From Salpingoeca rosetta (lineage: Eukaryota > Protista > Choanoflagellata), in NCBI GenBank assembly GCA_033442325.1, contig JAWQFM010000003.1, forward strand, positions 535,148-599,147: a stretch of 64,000 bases of DNA, given 5' to 3'. A program made the position numbers and the translations under genes. Within the stretch, counting starts at the first letter, position 1, and the number at the start of each line of letters is the position of its first letter. The notes beneath the pieces were generated by a model. It saw only the letters and a program-made list of their open reading frames with translations, was not told the origin of the DNA and ran no database searches. Positions 14,537 through 32,310 of the stretch are shown piece by piece.

Positions 14537-15784
14537 TGTGATTGCAGAAGCAGAGTGACCATTGTACATGTTTCACGGTCAAGCACCATCAAGACCAACG
14601 ACTCACGCACACACGCATATGCATGCATACATACACCTCGACGTACACAAGCACACACGCGCACACAGCACGCACCTTGAACTTTGAGTAGAAGAGGTCG
14701 AGGCGCTGGTTCATCTCCTCGTTTGCAAAGAGACGCGTGAGTGTGTCAACAACGCTGACGCGCACATCCGCACTGCGATCGTTGAGTTCCCAGCCAAAGT
14801 ACTTGAGGTACTTGTCGTCAAGAAACATCTCGCTACAAACACATGCGAGCAAAGGGGAGACAGCCATGGTGAACAAACAAAGGCGGCGGTGGCATTGGTG
14901 GTGGTGGCGAACAAGAAGCACAGCAGTGCTGCGGTTAAGATGACACTCGCATGAACGAATGGGGGAGAGTATGCTGAAGGGTATGCAGGGTATCCAAGCC
15001 CATGTGTTCGTGTGTGTGTGTGTGTGCGTGTGTGTGTGTGTGTGTGTACATGCACACACGTGCATATAGATGCACACGCGTACCTGTATTCGGTGACCCA
15101 TGTCCCCAATTCTTCCATCACGACGACACGAATGTCTGCACTCACGTCCCTGCTCGTTCCGCAATACAGGAGATGTGCGCATGTGTGTAAGGTGAGGAAA
15201 GTCGATGTGGCTTCGACTAGCTGGATCAACTCACAGCACGCATGAGATCATGCACCAAAACAAAACACAGAAGCTCACACATAAGGAGTACGATCACGCG
15301 GACAGTGTAAATACAAACACAATCACCAGACATATGCATGCTGGCACCCCTTGTCCCACCCACCCATCCATCCGCACACAGGCACGCACACACGCACATA
15401 GACACATCCATCCACACGCACAGGCGCAACACAGAGAAGCACACACGCACGCACACACAGAATTCTGACCTGTAGCGATGGATGGCAATGCCTTCAAAGA
15501 TGAGGGTGAGAATCTCATCCACGCGTTCCTTGCGCATGGATGCTTGCGACATTGCGTCCTCCACCTCTTCCAGCTTCTTTGCCTCAGCCGTTGTACGCTT
15601 TCCTGCCTTCTTTCCCTTCTTCTTCGTTGGTGTCGCAGAGTCTGCCTTCAGCTGGTCAAACGTCGCCTGGCAACAACACCAACAATAAGTGTGAGCATCA
15701 CGAACCCACCCAAGCATCACACACACACATAAACACGCACACAGAAAACCAGTTGCACAGAAGGAGGACCAGTATGTGTGTGGC

Positions 15785-15840
<56 letters not shown>

Positions 15841-16084
15841 GTGTAGGATGGTTGTACCTGTGTGTCTTCCACATCTTTTGCCAAGTCCAAGGCCAAGGGA
15901 ATCAACAGCGTGCCAAGCTTCATGCCTGTGTTGGCCATGAATGAAAGAGTGAGCATGTGGGTTCATGTTGCGGTTGAGATATTCGAGTGTGTGCTGCACG
16001 TTTGTGTTCGAATCCACGTACATTGGTATTCAAATCCACACCAACCGTACCCCTTTCACCCTTCACGTGTGTGTGTGTGCGTGC

Positions 16085-16171
<87 letters not shown>

Positions 16172-16391
16172 AGTGCAAGTGGCAAGACCACCACCGCCAC
16201 CACCACGAGTCTCAACCGCGAAATACCGAAGAAGACGGCGGTGTGGCGGAACGCGCGCACTTGCGCGGTTGAAAGCAAGGTCAAAAAGTTGATGAGCGTG
16301 TCCGTGAAGTTGTCATCAAACAGAATATCACTTCGCACGCGGTCAATCACGCCCTGCAGGAATCGAATAGCCTGCGTCTGCAAATAGAGTA

Positions 16392-16465
<74 letters not shown>

Positions 16466-17476
16466 TAAACAATGCAGGAACGATTATGATGCAAGACAAT
16501 ACATACCCGCACACCATCCAGACAACATGCAGACAAGACACAAACAAGACACAGACCTTGAACTTTCCACTGGACTGCTTGAGTGGGTACTGGCCCATGT
16601 TCTCTGGGAACTGAGCAACGAGGTCCACATACGCCGCCCTGAGATCGCTCAAGTTGTTCTCGTCAATGGCGCCTGCTCGTGCACATAACGACGGATGCAA
16701 GAATGCGTTCGACATGTGCCATGTGGTTATGCGTTTGTCGTGTTCATACGTGCACATATGCAAAGGTGACCAGCATGGTACAGTGCGAATTCGCGCCAGT
16801 GAGCGTGGTACATGGTATGGAGATTGCACACGCGACATTCAGACAACAGGAAATTGGTCAGAAGCGCGCAAAGCATGCGCCCATGCACTCAACATCACCG
16901 CGCGCCACACTGACCTTGGTTGCCGCAGCAGTTGAGAATACAGGTGAGAAGATGGCAAATGGCCTGCTCGCGGTCGACTTCGTCGTAGTGGTTGACCCAC
17001 TTGTCAAGTGCCCGTTTCAGCGTGTTGGCTGTGCCTTTCACACCTTTCATCAGATAGTTCTGTACATCGCGGCGCGCACAAATCGTTGTCGTCAGGCTAC
17101 ACACAAGAGGTCACAGCGGCACGAGCTCCAACACAAAATCACACACAAGCACACACAAGCACACACAAGCACACACAAGCACATACACACACACCCGCAC
17201 GCACGCGCGTGCACGTGCCTACCGAGGAAGTGGTGGCGGCGTTGCTCTGCTTGCTGGAGGCGCGCTGCTTCTTGCTTTGAGCTTGTTTGCCTTTCTTCTT
17301 TGATTTGGCGCGCTTTGGACTTGGTCCCCCCTCCTCAAAGTCGTCATCATCGTCATCATCATCATCATCATCGCCATGGTCGTCGTTGTCGCTCTGCTCG
17401 TACTCTGACCCCTCTGTGGCGGCTGCGTCATCCTCCGCGCCTTGATCGCCTTCCTCTTCGTGGTGCAGCTGCTCGA

Positions 17477-17507
<31 letters not shown>

Positions 17508-17888
17508 CTCACCATCGGAGTTGTGGCGCCGGCTGACGGCGCGGCGCTGATGGCGCGCGCGCGGTTTGTTACGGCCGCGCTGTGTGGACTGCGGCGTGCG
17601 TGGTGAGGCGCGCACGGCCTTTGTGCCGCGCTTGGCTGCGGCTGGCGTTGTTGCTGTGCCGGAGGAGGCTGAGCCAGGCGATGACGAGGCTGCGGTGCTC
17701 AGGCGCTCGGCCGCAGCCCGCTTTGCGCGCCGAGATGGCCGCCCACTGCCGCTGCTGGGCGCGGGAACTGGGGTGGACACGGCGCTGCTGCTGCTGCTGT
17801 TGTGGCTGTTGCTGTCACCGGCATCATTATCATGGGCAGTCGCACCAGTGCGTCGCCTTGACTGGCGCCCGCGTGTTGCCGCAGGCAT
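7576..17888 (-). CDS. STAG: Cohesin subunit SA (STAG1/2, Scc3) homologue, more than 25 exons
   Basis: Exons encode [19 protein letters not shown] (STAG domain), [51 protein letters not shown] (SCD region), [20 protein letters not shown] and [19 protein letters not shown]. Basic/acidic disordered N-terminus from ATG 17888; TAG at 7576-7578. Confidence 0.93.
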
Positions 17889-18099
17889 CGTTGTGCGTGT
17901 GTGTGTCGTGTGTTCGTGGGTTGGACAGGGTGTGTGCGTGCTGGCATCAACACTGAAGTCAAGGAGGGATGGCTTAGCTTTGCTTGCTGCAGCTCAAGCG
18001 CACCACCACCACTCAAAACAATACAGTTATCAACTCCACTCTCGCCACTGCTTGGTGTGTCTGCTCTCTTGCTGCTTGCTGTCTTGGGTGTGTTGTCGT

Positions 18100-18300
18100 G
18101 TTTGTGCTGTTCCCGCCAAAAACCGCGCCGAAATGGGCCCGTCCCATGTGGTGCATTCTGCCAAGAATAAAAAAACTGAAAAATATAGCTGAGTGACAAA
18201 AGGAAGGTGCGAGCGTCATTCGCTACTGGCAATTTTCGTTGAAATCATTGCCAAAAAAGCGGAAGACAGGCGTTTTGTGGCGTTTTGCGGGACAGACGGG
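18100..18300. promoter_or_regulatory. Putative AT-rich bidirectional promoter between STAG and the Q-rich gene, with an E2F-like TTCCCGCCAAA element at 18110-18120
   Basis: Locally AT-rich and free of microsatellites, lying between divergent genes. The motif matches the E2F consensus (TTTGGCGG on the minus strand). Confidence 0.4.
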
Positions 18301-19210
18301 CGAGTGGATTGCGGATGTTTTGGGGCTTTGGCCGCTGCTGCTGGTGGTTGAGTGGCCTGGCGTTGCCGCTGCACGTTCGTTGGCTGCCTGGCTGGTTTGG
18401 TGGTTTTTTCGTTCCCGCGCCTTCGGTTGTGGGGCTTCCCATCATCTTTCTCCTTGTACGAGCAGACGAACAAGCGCAAGCGCACTCAACAAATGAGAAA
18501 GACGTCACATCTCACAACAACAACACCACAATCACACAACAACCCAACCAAACAGACCAGCGACGACCAAAAAGCACAAGAAGAAGAAGCACACAGAAGC
18601 CACAAACCTTCTTCCTCCACAACACTGTCTCACATCACATCACCGCGTCAATTTCCACAAACTGCACCTGACCTTGCGTTCTCTGGTCGTTCTGGCTTGT
18701 TTGCTCCAAAGGCAGCAAGCCCCTGTTTTTGGTTGACCTCTGGTTCGCCCGGTTGACCTCACACACCCAAAGCCTTGCAACTCCCCAAAGACGTATTCCC
18801 CTCACGTTCAGTCAACTGCGGCTTCGTCTTTGTCTTCTGCGTCTCCTTCTTCGTTTCCTGTTTGCGCACCCTCGTGTCTCCGCACACATCTATCAGCGTC
18901 AGCATCATCATCATCATCATCATCATCACCGCCCCTGAATTTCCAGCAGTGGTGCGGTGAGCGTGACCCCCACGCCACGTGATTTCAACAGCCGCTTCCG
19001 ATTGTGTCTCCCGACTGAGCCAACCCGACATCAAGCAACAACCATCCTTTACCACCCACCCCTTTGTCACTCCTCCTCCCCCCCCCCCAACCGACCAACC
19101 GACCAACCACAGCCCCCACGACCTGACTTTCCTGCCCGCCCCGTGTGGTGTTGTGCTTGTTTGTTTGTTTGTTTGTTTGTTTGTTTGTTTGCGGTGTTGC
19201 GGTGTAGTGG

Positions 19211-23355
<4,145 letters not shown>

Positions 23356-24847
23356 TGATGCCGGCCAGCGCACGCACATGTGTTGTCCCTCCAGTTGCAC
23401 GCATACATCGTGTACTGACCGGAACTGCCAGCATTGCTGCCGATAGTAGTGCCGCTGCTGTCACTGCAGGCGTGCACATGCTCGAAGAGGCAACTTTCCC
23501 TGCCGTCCCCCTCCTCTCCCCCCCCCCCCTCTTCGTTTTTTTCCTTTCCTTCTGTCTTCCCTGCTCCTCTTCCTCTTTCCCTTCCTCTTCTCTCCTCAAC
23601 TGCCCCTTTCTCGGTTCGTCTATGTGGACAGTGTGTGCGGCCCCATGCCACCTGTGCCCCTCGTTCCCAGTCCCCCGTTGTTGCTGCTGCTGTTGCTCCT
23701 TGTGCTTCTCAACACTTCAGCGTGTGTGTGTGTGTGTCTTGTTGTGCTTACTTCAAAGTGTTTTGTTAGCTGCCGTGGACTACTTCCATCGTGTTGTGTT
23801 TACGTATGTGGTCCACCTTTGCCTAGAGATGTGTCCATTTATTATTCGCCTGTTCCCCTGTTTGTGAGCCTCGCCCTCTCCTACCGCTTCTTATTGCGTC
23901 ATGCTTCGCTCGTTCCTCCCTGTTCGGCATTTATTCGACATGCGCCTGTATCCTGCTCACCGCGTTATCGTGACACCCCCCTCCCTGCCTCAGTCGGCAT
24001 AATTGCGCTCCCTTCCCCCTTCCCCCTTCTCCCTTGCCCTCTTCCCTCCTCGCGTGTTTCAATCATTTTCTCGCTTTGCTGTTGTGCACTTGCATCTTGC
24101 ACATCCGCCGTTACACGCGCGTGTGTTTGTTCGAATCGTGTGATGAGGGGTCTTTGCACATGTGACGACGTGTGATGTGTGGTTGACTTCATCTTGTGCC
24201 GTTCCCCACACTGCTAGTGAAACTTTTGTTTGTTCCTCTGCTCAGTCGAGTACATGGTCACCACGTCACATCAACACCACATTGTGTCTCCTCCTCTTCT
24301 GTTGCCTTCTCTTCCCTCCATCTTCACCCACACTGCGCACGTGTTGTGGCCCATTGTATCGCCTGACTTGGCCGTGTGGTGGTGTTCCTTTGTCATGTCA
24401 TATCATTGTCAGTTACGTTCCACTCCTTTGCATTAGCGCCGCGGATTCTAGTTGTCCCATCACCATCATCGTCGTCGTCGACCTGCTGGCTCGCACGAAA
24501 TGTGTGTGCACTCATGATGGTGTTGTCCACTGAACGAACTAGCAGTCGTGATTCGATAAACACAAGCAAGCAAGAAGCAAATGAGCAAGCAAGACACAAC
24601 CAAGCAAGATCAAGTGCAGGAAGGAAATGAGCAACAAGCAAACAAGCGAGCTGCATGCCCTTCTCTCTGCTCTTCTCCTGTTCACCCCATGGATTTGAGA
24701 TGAAGTGAGTGATGTGATGTTGATGTGATGTGATGACATGACATGACGGTGTGTGCATTTATATTGTCTTTGTCTGTTGCTGCGAACGGAAGGAAAGGGT
24801 GGTAGAAAAACCAGGGTAACAAAACCATAATGGAGCAAGTTAAGAGT

Positions 24848-24916
<69 letters not shown>

Positions 24917-25269
24917 CGTTTGACCAAGGGCTATTGCTGCTGGTGCCGCCGTTGCAGCATGCAAGTGAAAGGCGATGCACAAACGCAAAGCATATCGGCA
25001 CACAACAAAGGTCGAAACAACGTCTCACCAAATGCATAAAACCAGGCAACGCGCGCATTCGCGTACAACAAACACTTCAAAAGCGACAAGCACTCTGGAC
25101 ACATTTGGAGTGGGCTACTGATGAGGTGCACGCGCCCTAGAAGTAGCACGTAGGAGCATGAGCAGCAAGCGTGCATCACAGACACGCCGTGAAATGTAAT
25201 GGGAGTGGCACATTGTCTTGCATGGTCAATTGTGGAGGAGTGCGAATCGCCAGTCACATACATTTGACA

Positions 25270-25696
25270 TCACCGGGATGCTGGCAACAACTGTGCGCGC
25301 TCAGACGTGTCCACGCTTGGATCCTCCTCCTCCTCCTCCTCCTCCTCCTCCTCATCTGCGTCCACACCATGCGGCTGCTGTGCTGCTGCTGTTGCTGGTG
25401 TTGGTGCCGCTGTTGCCGCTGCTGTTGTTGTTAGAGCCGCGTCGTTCTCCACATCAACAGCGCTGGTTGCATATGTGGGCGGGTTTGAGTGCCCGAGCAG
25501 CGACGTACGCTCTGAGGACAGAGGATCGCGCTTGCATAATGGACACACCCGCCGGCGCTCACGCAACCACGGCGTGATGCAAGACTTGTGAAACTCTGCC
25601 AGCGGCGACACACGAGAAGACGGGAGGCGTGAGTAAGATGGGCGGGGGAGGAGGGTGGTGGCTGTTTGGTGGCGGCAATTGGAGAAATGCGTGCGT

Positions 25697-25785
<89 letters not shown>

Positions 25786-26056
25786 CATGCGTGTGTGTGT
25801 GCATGCGTGTGTGTGTGTGTGTGTGTTTGTGTTTGTGTGTGTGTGTGTGTGTGCATGTATGTGTGTGTGTGCATGTGCACACGTGTGTGTGTGTGTGTGT
25901 GTGTGTGCATGTGCACGTGTGTGTGTNNNNNNNNNNNNNNNNNNNNNNNNNNNNNNNNNNNNNNNNNNNNNNNNNNNNNNNNNNNNNNNNNNNNNNNNNN
26001 NNNNNNNNNNNNNNNNNNNNNNNNNNGCACATGTATGTGTGTGTGTGTATGTAGTG

Positions 26057-26101
<45 letters not shown>

Positions 26102-28381
26102 GAGAGGGCCAAGGGGCGCGTTGCTTCCGCAACGCGATAACAGCGGCTGCCAACCCGGTCACAGCACATGCGCGACTGACCGTGATTGCACACGAGCACT
26201 GTGAGCTCGTCACCCGGCTTGAATTCCTCCAGGCAGATACAGCACGAGTTTTCTTCGTCGCCTGCAGTGGCGGTGATGATGAGGGTGAAGTGCATGAAGG
26301 CCAGTGACAAGGGGTGTGAGCAAAGGCCAAGGCGACACAAAACCAGCGAGGCATAACTGCTTGAAATGTGTAAACAAACACGCATGGCTATGCATGCACA
26401 CATTGCAACGCTCGCTTGCACACATACACGTACAAGCACACATACGCACGTACACACATACACATTTGAAAACACGCACACAAACATGTACACGCACACG
26501 CATACAAGCACGCACGCACGCACCTGATCTGAATTTGCGGGTGGTGAGGCGGTTCAATTCGGATGCGCTCATTGTTTGTGTGCGCAGAGCAACAGCCCGT
26601 CGGTTGCGCTGGCGCGTGTGGTACACCTACAGTCCAATCAACCACGCGCGCACGCATGCACATATGCACACAATGTGACTGGTGAAAAGGGATGTTGAAA
26701 GCTGTTGCAGACGAGAAGCCGCACACATGCACACACACACACACACACATACACACAAGCTATGTGAATGTGGAGGGACGTATACTTGCATGCACGCACG
26801 CAACGCACAGTAAATATGGTGGCGAAGAACACGGCGCAGCAAATGATGACGATAAAGGTGACAAGAAACGACGGCCATTGCGGTACATCCTCTGGCAACA
26901 GCAACACGGCATTGTTCCTTCATTGGGCGAAGCAATTTTGGGGGATGCATGTGGTTGATGATGAGTGCATGGTGTTTTGCATGCCATACAAGAGCGCAGT
27001 GCTAGGGTCAGTGCACACACGCACACGCACAAACACAAGCGCACGCACAAACACCAGAATACTCACAAACGCGCGCACACACGCACGCACTCGCTCACTT
27101 GCACACGCAAACGCACTTACGCACACGAACAAACACAACAATACGTACGCATGCACGCACTCACTCACTCACTCACAAACACAAGAATACGCACACTCAC
27201 TCACTCACTCACTCACAAACACAAGAATACGCACACTCACTCACTCACTCACAAACACAAGAATACGCACACTCACTCACTCACTCACAAACACAAGAAT
27301 ACGCACACTCACTCACTCACTCACTCACTCACTCACTCACTCACTCACTCACTCACTCACTCACTCACTCACTCACTCACTCGCATACTCACGCGTGTTG
27401 GGACAAGATGACGCCAGCGGAGTGGGTGACAAAAACGGATGGAATGTCAACGTTTTGCCGACCGCGCATGACAATGAGCCCTTCATCAATCGTGTCATAG
27501 ATGATGGCAGCACTGTACCCTGCCTCTTCAGCCCGTAACACCTGACAAATGTGCATCAAAGTGTATCAACGTGTGCACATGTGGGCGTGAAAACGAGTAG
27601 TGCCACCACACAGCAAAAAGTGCACGCATGCACACAGCACAAAGTACACACACACATGCACAGCACAAAGCAAAACAGTGCACGCACACACACACACAGC
27701 ACAAAGTACGCGCACGCACCTTCTCGTCAAACTCGCAGATTGGGTTGCCACCACGCTCTAGCAGCACAAACTGGGTGACGTTGGCAGCGGCAGGCTGCAA
27801 AGGGCCGCAGCCATCGCGCGGAACGCCAACCACAAGCATGCCCGTGTACCCTTGGGATGTCAAGCTTGGTCCAAAGTCAGCCTCCATCGACGGAAACCGG
27901 ACCGTGCCAGACGTCAAACTCTGCATGGCGCGACAGTGATGTGGCCAACAACAATACACACACACACACGCACGCACACACACACACACACACACGCACA
28001 CGCATACAGCACAGCACAGCACAAAGAACACGCACACGCACACACACGCACACACACACACACGCACACGCACACGCACACACAATACACAATTCACAGA
28101 GGCGCAATTCAAGCGAGCGAGGAAGGCATATGAGTGTCACGCACGTTCATGGGGGTGCATGCTTGTGTGCTTGCGTCCCCGTTTCCCTTCCTCCCCTTAG
28201 AAGAACAGAATACCACCCCACCCCCCTGCTCTTTGTGCTCGCGCAAACACAAACAAGGTGGTTGTAGGCGGTGGTTCCTCACCAGGACGACTTCTGCTGA
28301 TGCGCTGTTGCTCAGCAGGCACAGCAGCGCTACCATGGTCACTGCCGCCGCCATTCTACACCGCATGACTGCACGAGCCAT
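25270..28381 (-). CDS. RNF13: PA-TM-RING-H2 E3 ubiquitin ligase (RNF13/RNF167-like)
   Basis: Signal peptide; PA domain (FPSMEADFGP..G.LVVGVPRDGCGPL..FVLLERGG..CEFDEKV..AEEAGYSAAIIYD, IPSVFV); TM segment (FLVTFIVIICCAVFFATIF); RING-H2 [43 protein letters not shown]. RNF13 and RNF167 cannot be told apart here. Confidence 0.88.
25927..26026. other. Assembly gap (100 N) within an intron
   Basis: Run of N. Confidence 1.
27150..27393. repeat. Intronic minisatellite of about 32-36 bp units (CACTCACTCACTCACAAACACAAGAATACG) plus (CACT)n
   Basis: About four tandem units visible next to a 5' splice site of the RING ligase gene. Confidence 0.85.
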
Positions 28382-28770
28382 GGTGAGAGAAGGGGAGGGG
28401 GTAGGGGAAGGTTGACCGAGTCGCAATAGAAGAATGCGAGCTGTTGCGCGCTGCCTCGTGGTGGCTGGCTGGCTGGGTGGGTGCTCCTTTTTCTCTTTCT
28501 TTCTGGCTGGTGTGATGATCCTTGCTTCTTGCTTGCTTGCTTGCTTCTTCAGGGCGGTAAGTGTGCGACGCACCCGTTTCTTGTTGCGGTTGTTTGTTTT
28601 TCTGGCAACAACGAAATCCAGGCCATCGACCATTTATGTATGACATCAACAAGAATCGCAGCACGATGACAAAGCACCGTCAAGGCCAGGCAGGAAGAGC
28701 GGTGGTGGAGGTGGAGGAAGCAGAGTCAGTCGTGCACCACGCTCATTGTGGGGTGTGGTGTGGTGTGGTG

Positions 28771-30636
28771 TTATGACGAGGAAGAGCTGCGTTTGTTGTG
28801 GATGCCAAGGGAGTAGCGAACGCGGGCATCTTCAATGTGGTGACGGTGGTCTTTGAGGTAGTCCTCCAGCTTGGTCCAGCCGCCACCCACGCGCACCTGT
28901 TGTGGTGTTGGGTGTCATGCACAAATAGTTGTGTGGTTGCAGCGACATGTGAGCCAGAACGATCCCGTCAGACCAAAACAACGCAAATCATGTGCAATTG
29001 AAATGGGCAAGGGGGGGGTGCGGTGCACAGGACACCATGCACAAAAACAGACACACACGCACACAAACACACCACAGAGACACACACACATACAACCACA
29101 CACCACACATACAACCACACACCACACACACGCACACACACACACATACAAACACACACCACATACAACCACACACCACACACATAAACACAAACACACA
29201 CCACAGACATCCACAAACAAACACACACAAACAGGCACAACACACAAACACATACACGTACCATGATGTTCTTGCCAACGATGCGAACGTTGAGAATGTG
29301 GTCTTGGCCAGGCAGCTTGTACTTGCCAGGGGCATGATAGACCAGGTCCCCTTCGTTGAGGCCAGAATCCTTGAGCGTGGTCGACACGCGGGCGTGGGTC
29401 GGGTCCGCCCTCTGCGGCCGCGGCCCTGCGCGGGGCTTCCGCTCTGTCGCACTCGACTTGCGTGCACGTGCTGCAGTCTTCGCCTTGGCAGCCTCCTTCA
29501 AGCGCGCAATCTCTTGCTTCAGCTCCTCACACTCCGCACGGGACGTGTCAAGCTCCGCCCGCAGCTTCGTGTCAGCCTCGCCACCAGCGCCTTTGGCCTG
29601 TGCCGCCGCCTCAGTTGCCTTGCCCTTCTCTTCCTCACACGTGTTCAGCTGCCGCTTGAGCCGCGCAATCTCGTCATCTTTCGCCTGCAGGGCGGCCTCC
29701 GCCTCGCTCGCCTGCTTCTGCTTGGCCGCTGCGAGCTCCTCAAGTACGCTGCCCAGCTGCTGCTTCAGCTGCACTACCTCTGCCTGCGCGGTGGACAACT
29801 TGTCCTCGCACTCGCTGCACGCCTTCTCTGCGTCTGCCTGCGCCTGTGTAGCCGCCGCTGTGGCCTCGCCCTTCTCGTTAAACTCATCCACGCGGCTCTG
29901 AAGAGCCTCAATCTGCTCCATCAGCATTCCAACGCGCGCCTCCGCACCGGCGTGCGACACCTGCAGGTCCTCAAAGTCCTGCGACACCATGCGCATCTTG
30001 GCCGTTGCCAGGTCGCGCTCTTCAACCGCCTGCTGCGCCTTCTTCTCCGCCTCCTCCACCTGCCGTCGCAACTCTGTCTCCACGGCGCGCTCCTGATCAG
30101 CATCGCTCCGCTTCTGGGCCGCCTCTTCCCGCAGGCGCGCCACCGTGGCCTCCAGCTCTGAAATGCGCTCGTCCTTCCTCGCAAGTGCCCGCTGCAACTC
30201 CTCGATCTCGTCGCGGGCGCCGCCACGCCGCGCTTCTTCCAGGTCGTCCTCAAGCTTCAGCACCTGCGCCTCAGCCGCATATGCCCGCCGCTCAAGCGCC
30301 TGCAATTTGCGCTCCATCTCGCTCGGTGCAGCAGGGGTGGCCGCTGCGTCTGTTGGCGTGGTTGCGGTAGACGTCACTGTCGAGTCGGTGGTGGTGGTGG
30401 TGGTGGTGGATGACTGCAGGGCGGCGGTTGTGGTTGTCACCGTCGTGTCACGCTTCACATCGTACCCACGATCGTCCTTGAACTCTGACATGCTGTGCTG
30501 CATGTCAACACGCGTTGGTGTACTGTCCTCTTGTTGCTTGCCGCCTTCCAGCGCAGCGGTGAGGCGGCGGCGGTGGTTCTCGTCCATGTACGCGATCAGC
30601 TCGGGTAGCTCAATCCGCCCGTCCTGAATGTGTTGA

Positions 30637-30685
<49 letters not shown>

Positions 30686-31701
30686 GTGTGTGTGGGGGGG
30701 GGGGGGTGATGACACAGTGAACAGAAGGGCAGCGCAAAAAATAAGTCGACAACAATGCAACAGCAGAAAATCGTTGCGTCAGCAGCAGGGACGAGTGGAC
30801 GTAGGAGCAAGGGAGGAGTTAGATGTGGATTGTGTTCACCCTCTTGCAGCAACCAAGCAAGCAAGAATACAAGAACGAGATCACAACCAAGCACCTCGTT
30901 GGCGTCGAGCTCGGTCCAGAAGTCCTTCCAGTGGCGCCCATGGGCTGTGCGCAGCTCATCGCGCAGGTCATCGTCCTCGTGCAGCACACGCTTCAGCTCC
31001 TTCTTCGAAAGCCACCCGTTCTTGTCCCGGTCCGCCCGCTCAAAGATGTCCTTCGCGCGCTCCTTCAGCGACGCGTGGTGCTTCGACGCCTTCTCCGTCA
31101 GCACCTTCATCAGGTAGTCAACAAGTTCCTTCTCCTCAATCCGTCCGTCCTGCGTGATGAAGAGTGTGACGTAAGAGTGGAGTGAGAGTGGAGTGAGAGT
31201 GGAGTGAGAGTGGAGTGAATAACAGCAAGAACAACCACACACACACAAACAGCCACATAACAACAGCCACATGCAACCGCACATAACAACAGCAGCAGCG
31301 CAGGCACTCACGTTGTCAACGTCGAGCTCAGCCCAGAACTCCTTCCACGGACGGCCGCCAGACGTGCGCAGCTCATACCGAAGGTCATCGTCCTCGTGCA
31401 GCACACGCTTCAGCTCCTTCTTCGACAGCCACCCGTTCTTGTCCCGGTCCGCCCGCTCAAAGATGTCGCGCACGTGGGCACGCATGCGTGCAAGCCGCTC
31501 CCCAAACGTCTCGTCGGTGCGGGCGGTCGACTCCCCACCGGTCGATGTCTCATCTGTGCCCTTGTCCGCCTTCTCCTCAGCTGCTGCAGGGTTGCTGCGG
31601 GCCTCTGCAGCCGACGCAACTGCATTGTCCACGTGCTGCTTGTGCGCCTTGTCAATGTACTCCACAAGCTCCTCAAACTCAATCTGCCCATCCTGTGTGT
31701 G

Positions 31702-31761
<60 letters not shown>

Positions 31762-32250
31762 AAGAAAGAGAAAATGATACGGACTCAAGGCCCAAACAGC
31801 CACATAACAACAGCCACATGCAACCGCACATAACAACCAGCAGCAGCGCAGGCACTCACGTTTTCAACGTCGAGCTCAGCCCAGAACTCTTTCCACGGAC
31901 GGCCCGCCAGACGTGCGCAGCTCATACCGAAGGTCATCGTCCTCGTGCAGCACACGCTTCAGCTCCTTCTTCGACAGCCACCCGTTCTTGTCCCGGTCCG
32001 CCCGCTCAAAGATGTCGCGCACGTGGGCACGCATGCGTGCAAGCCGCTCCCCAAACGTCTCGTCGGTGCGGGCGGTCGACTCCCCACCGGTCGATGTCTC
32101 ATCTGTGCCCTTGTCCGCCTTCTCCTCAGCTGCTGCAGGGTTGCTGCGGGCCTCTGCAGCCGACGCAACTGCATTGTCCACGTGCTGCTTGTGCGCCTTG
32201 TCAATGTACTCCACAAGCTCCTCAAACTCAATCTGCCCATCCTGTGTGTG

Positions 32251-32310
<60 letters not shown>

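Noticed and set aside
23356-25269. Hidden gene or ncRNA between the convergent genes
   Set aside because: Only low-complexity, UTR-like sequence; no coherent exon chain or RNA motif seen
27150-27393. Minisatellites (also 47797-47910) as CRISPR-like arrays
   Set aside because: No unique spacers, no cas genes, and an intronic eukaryotic context
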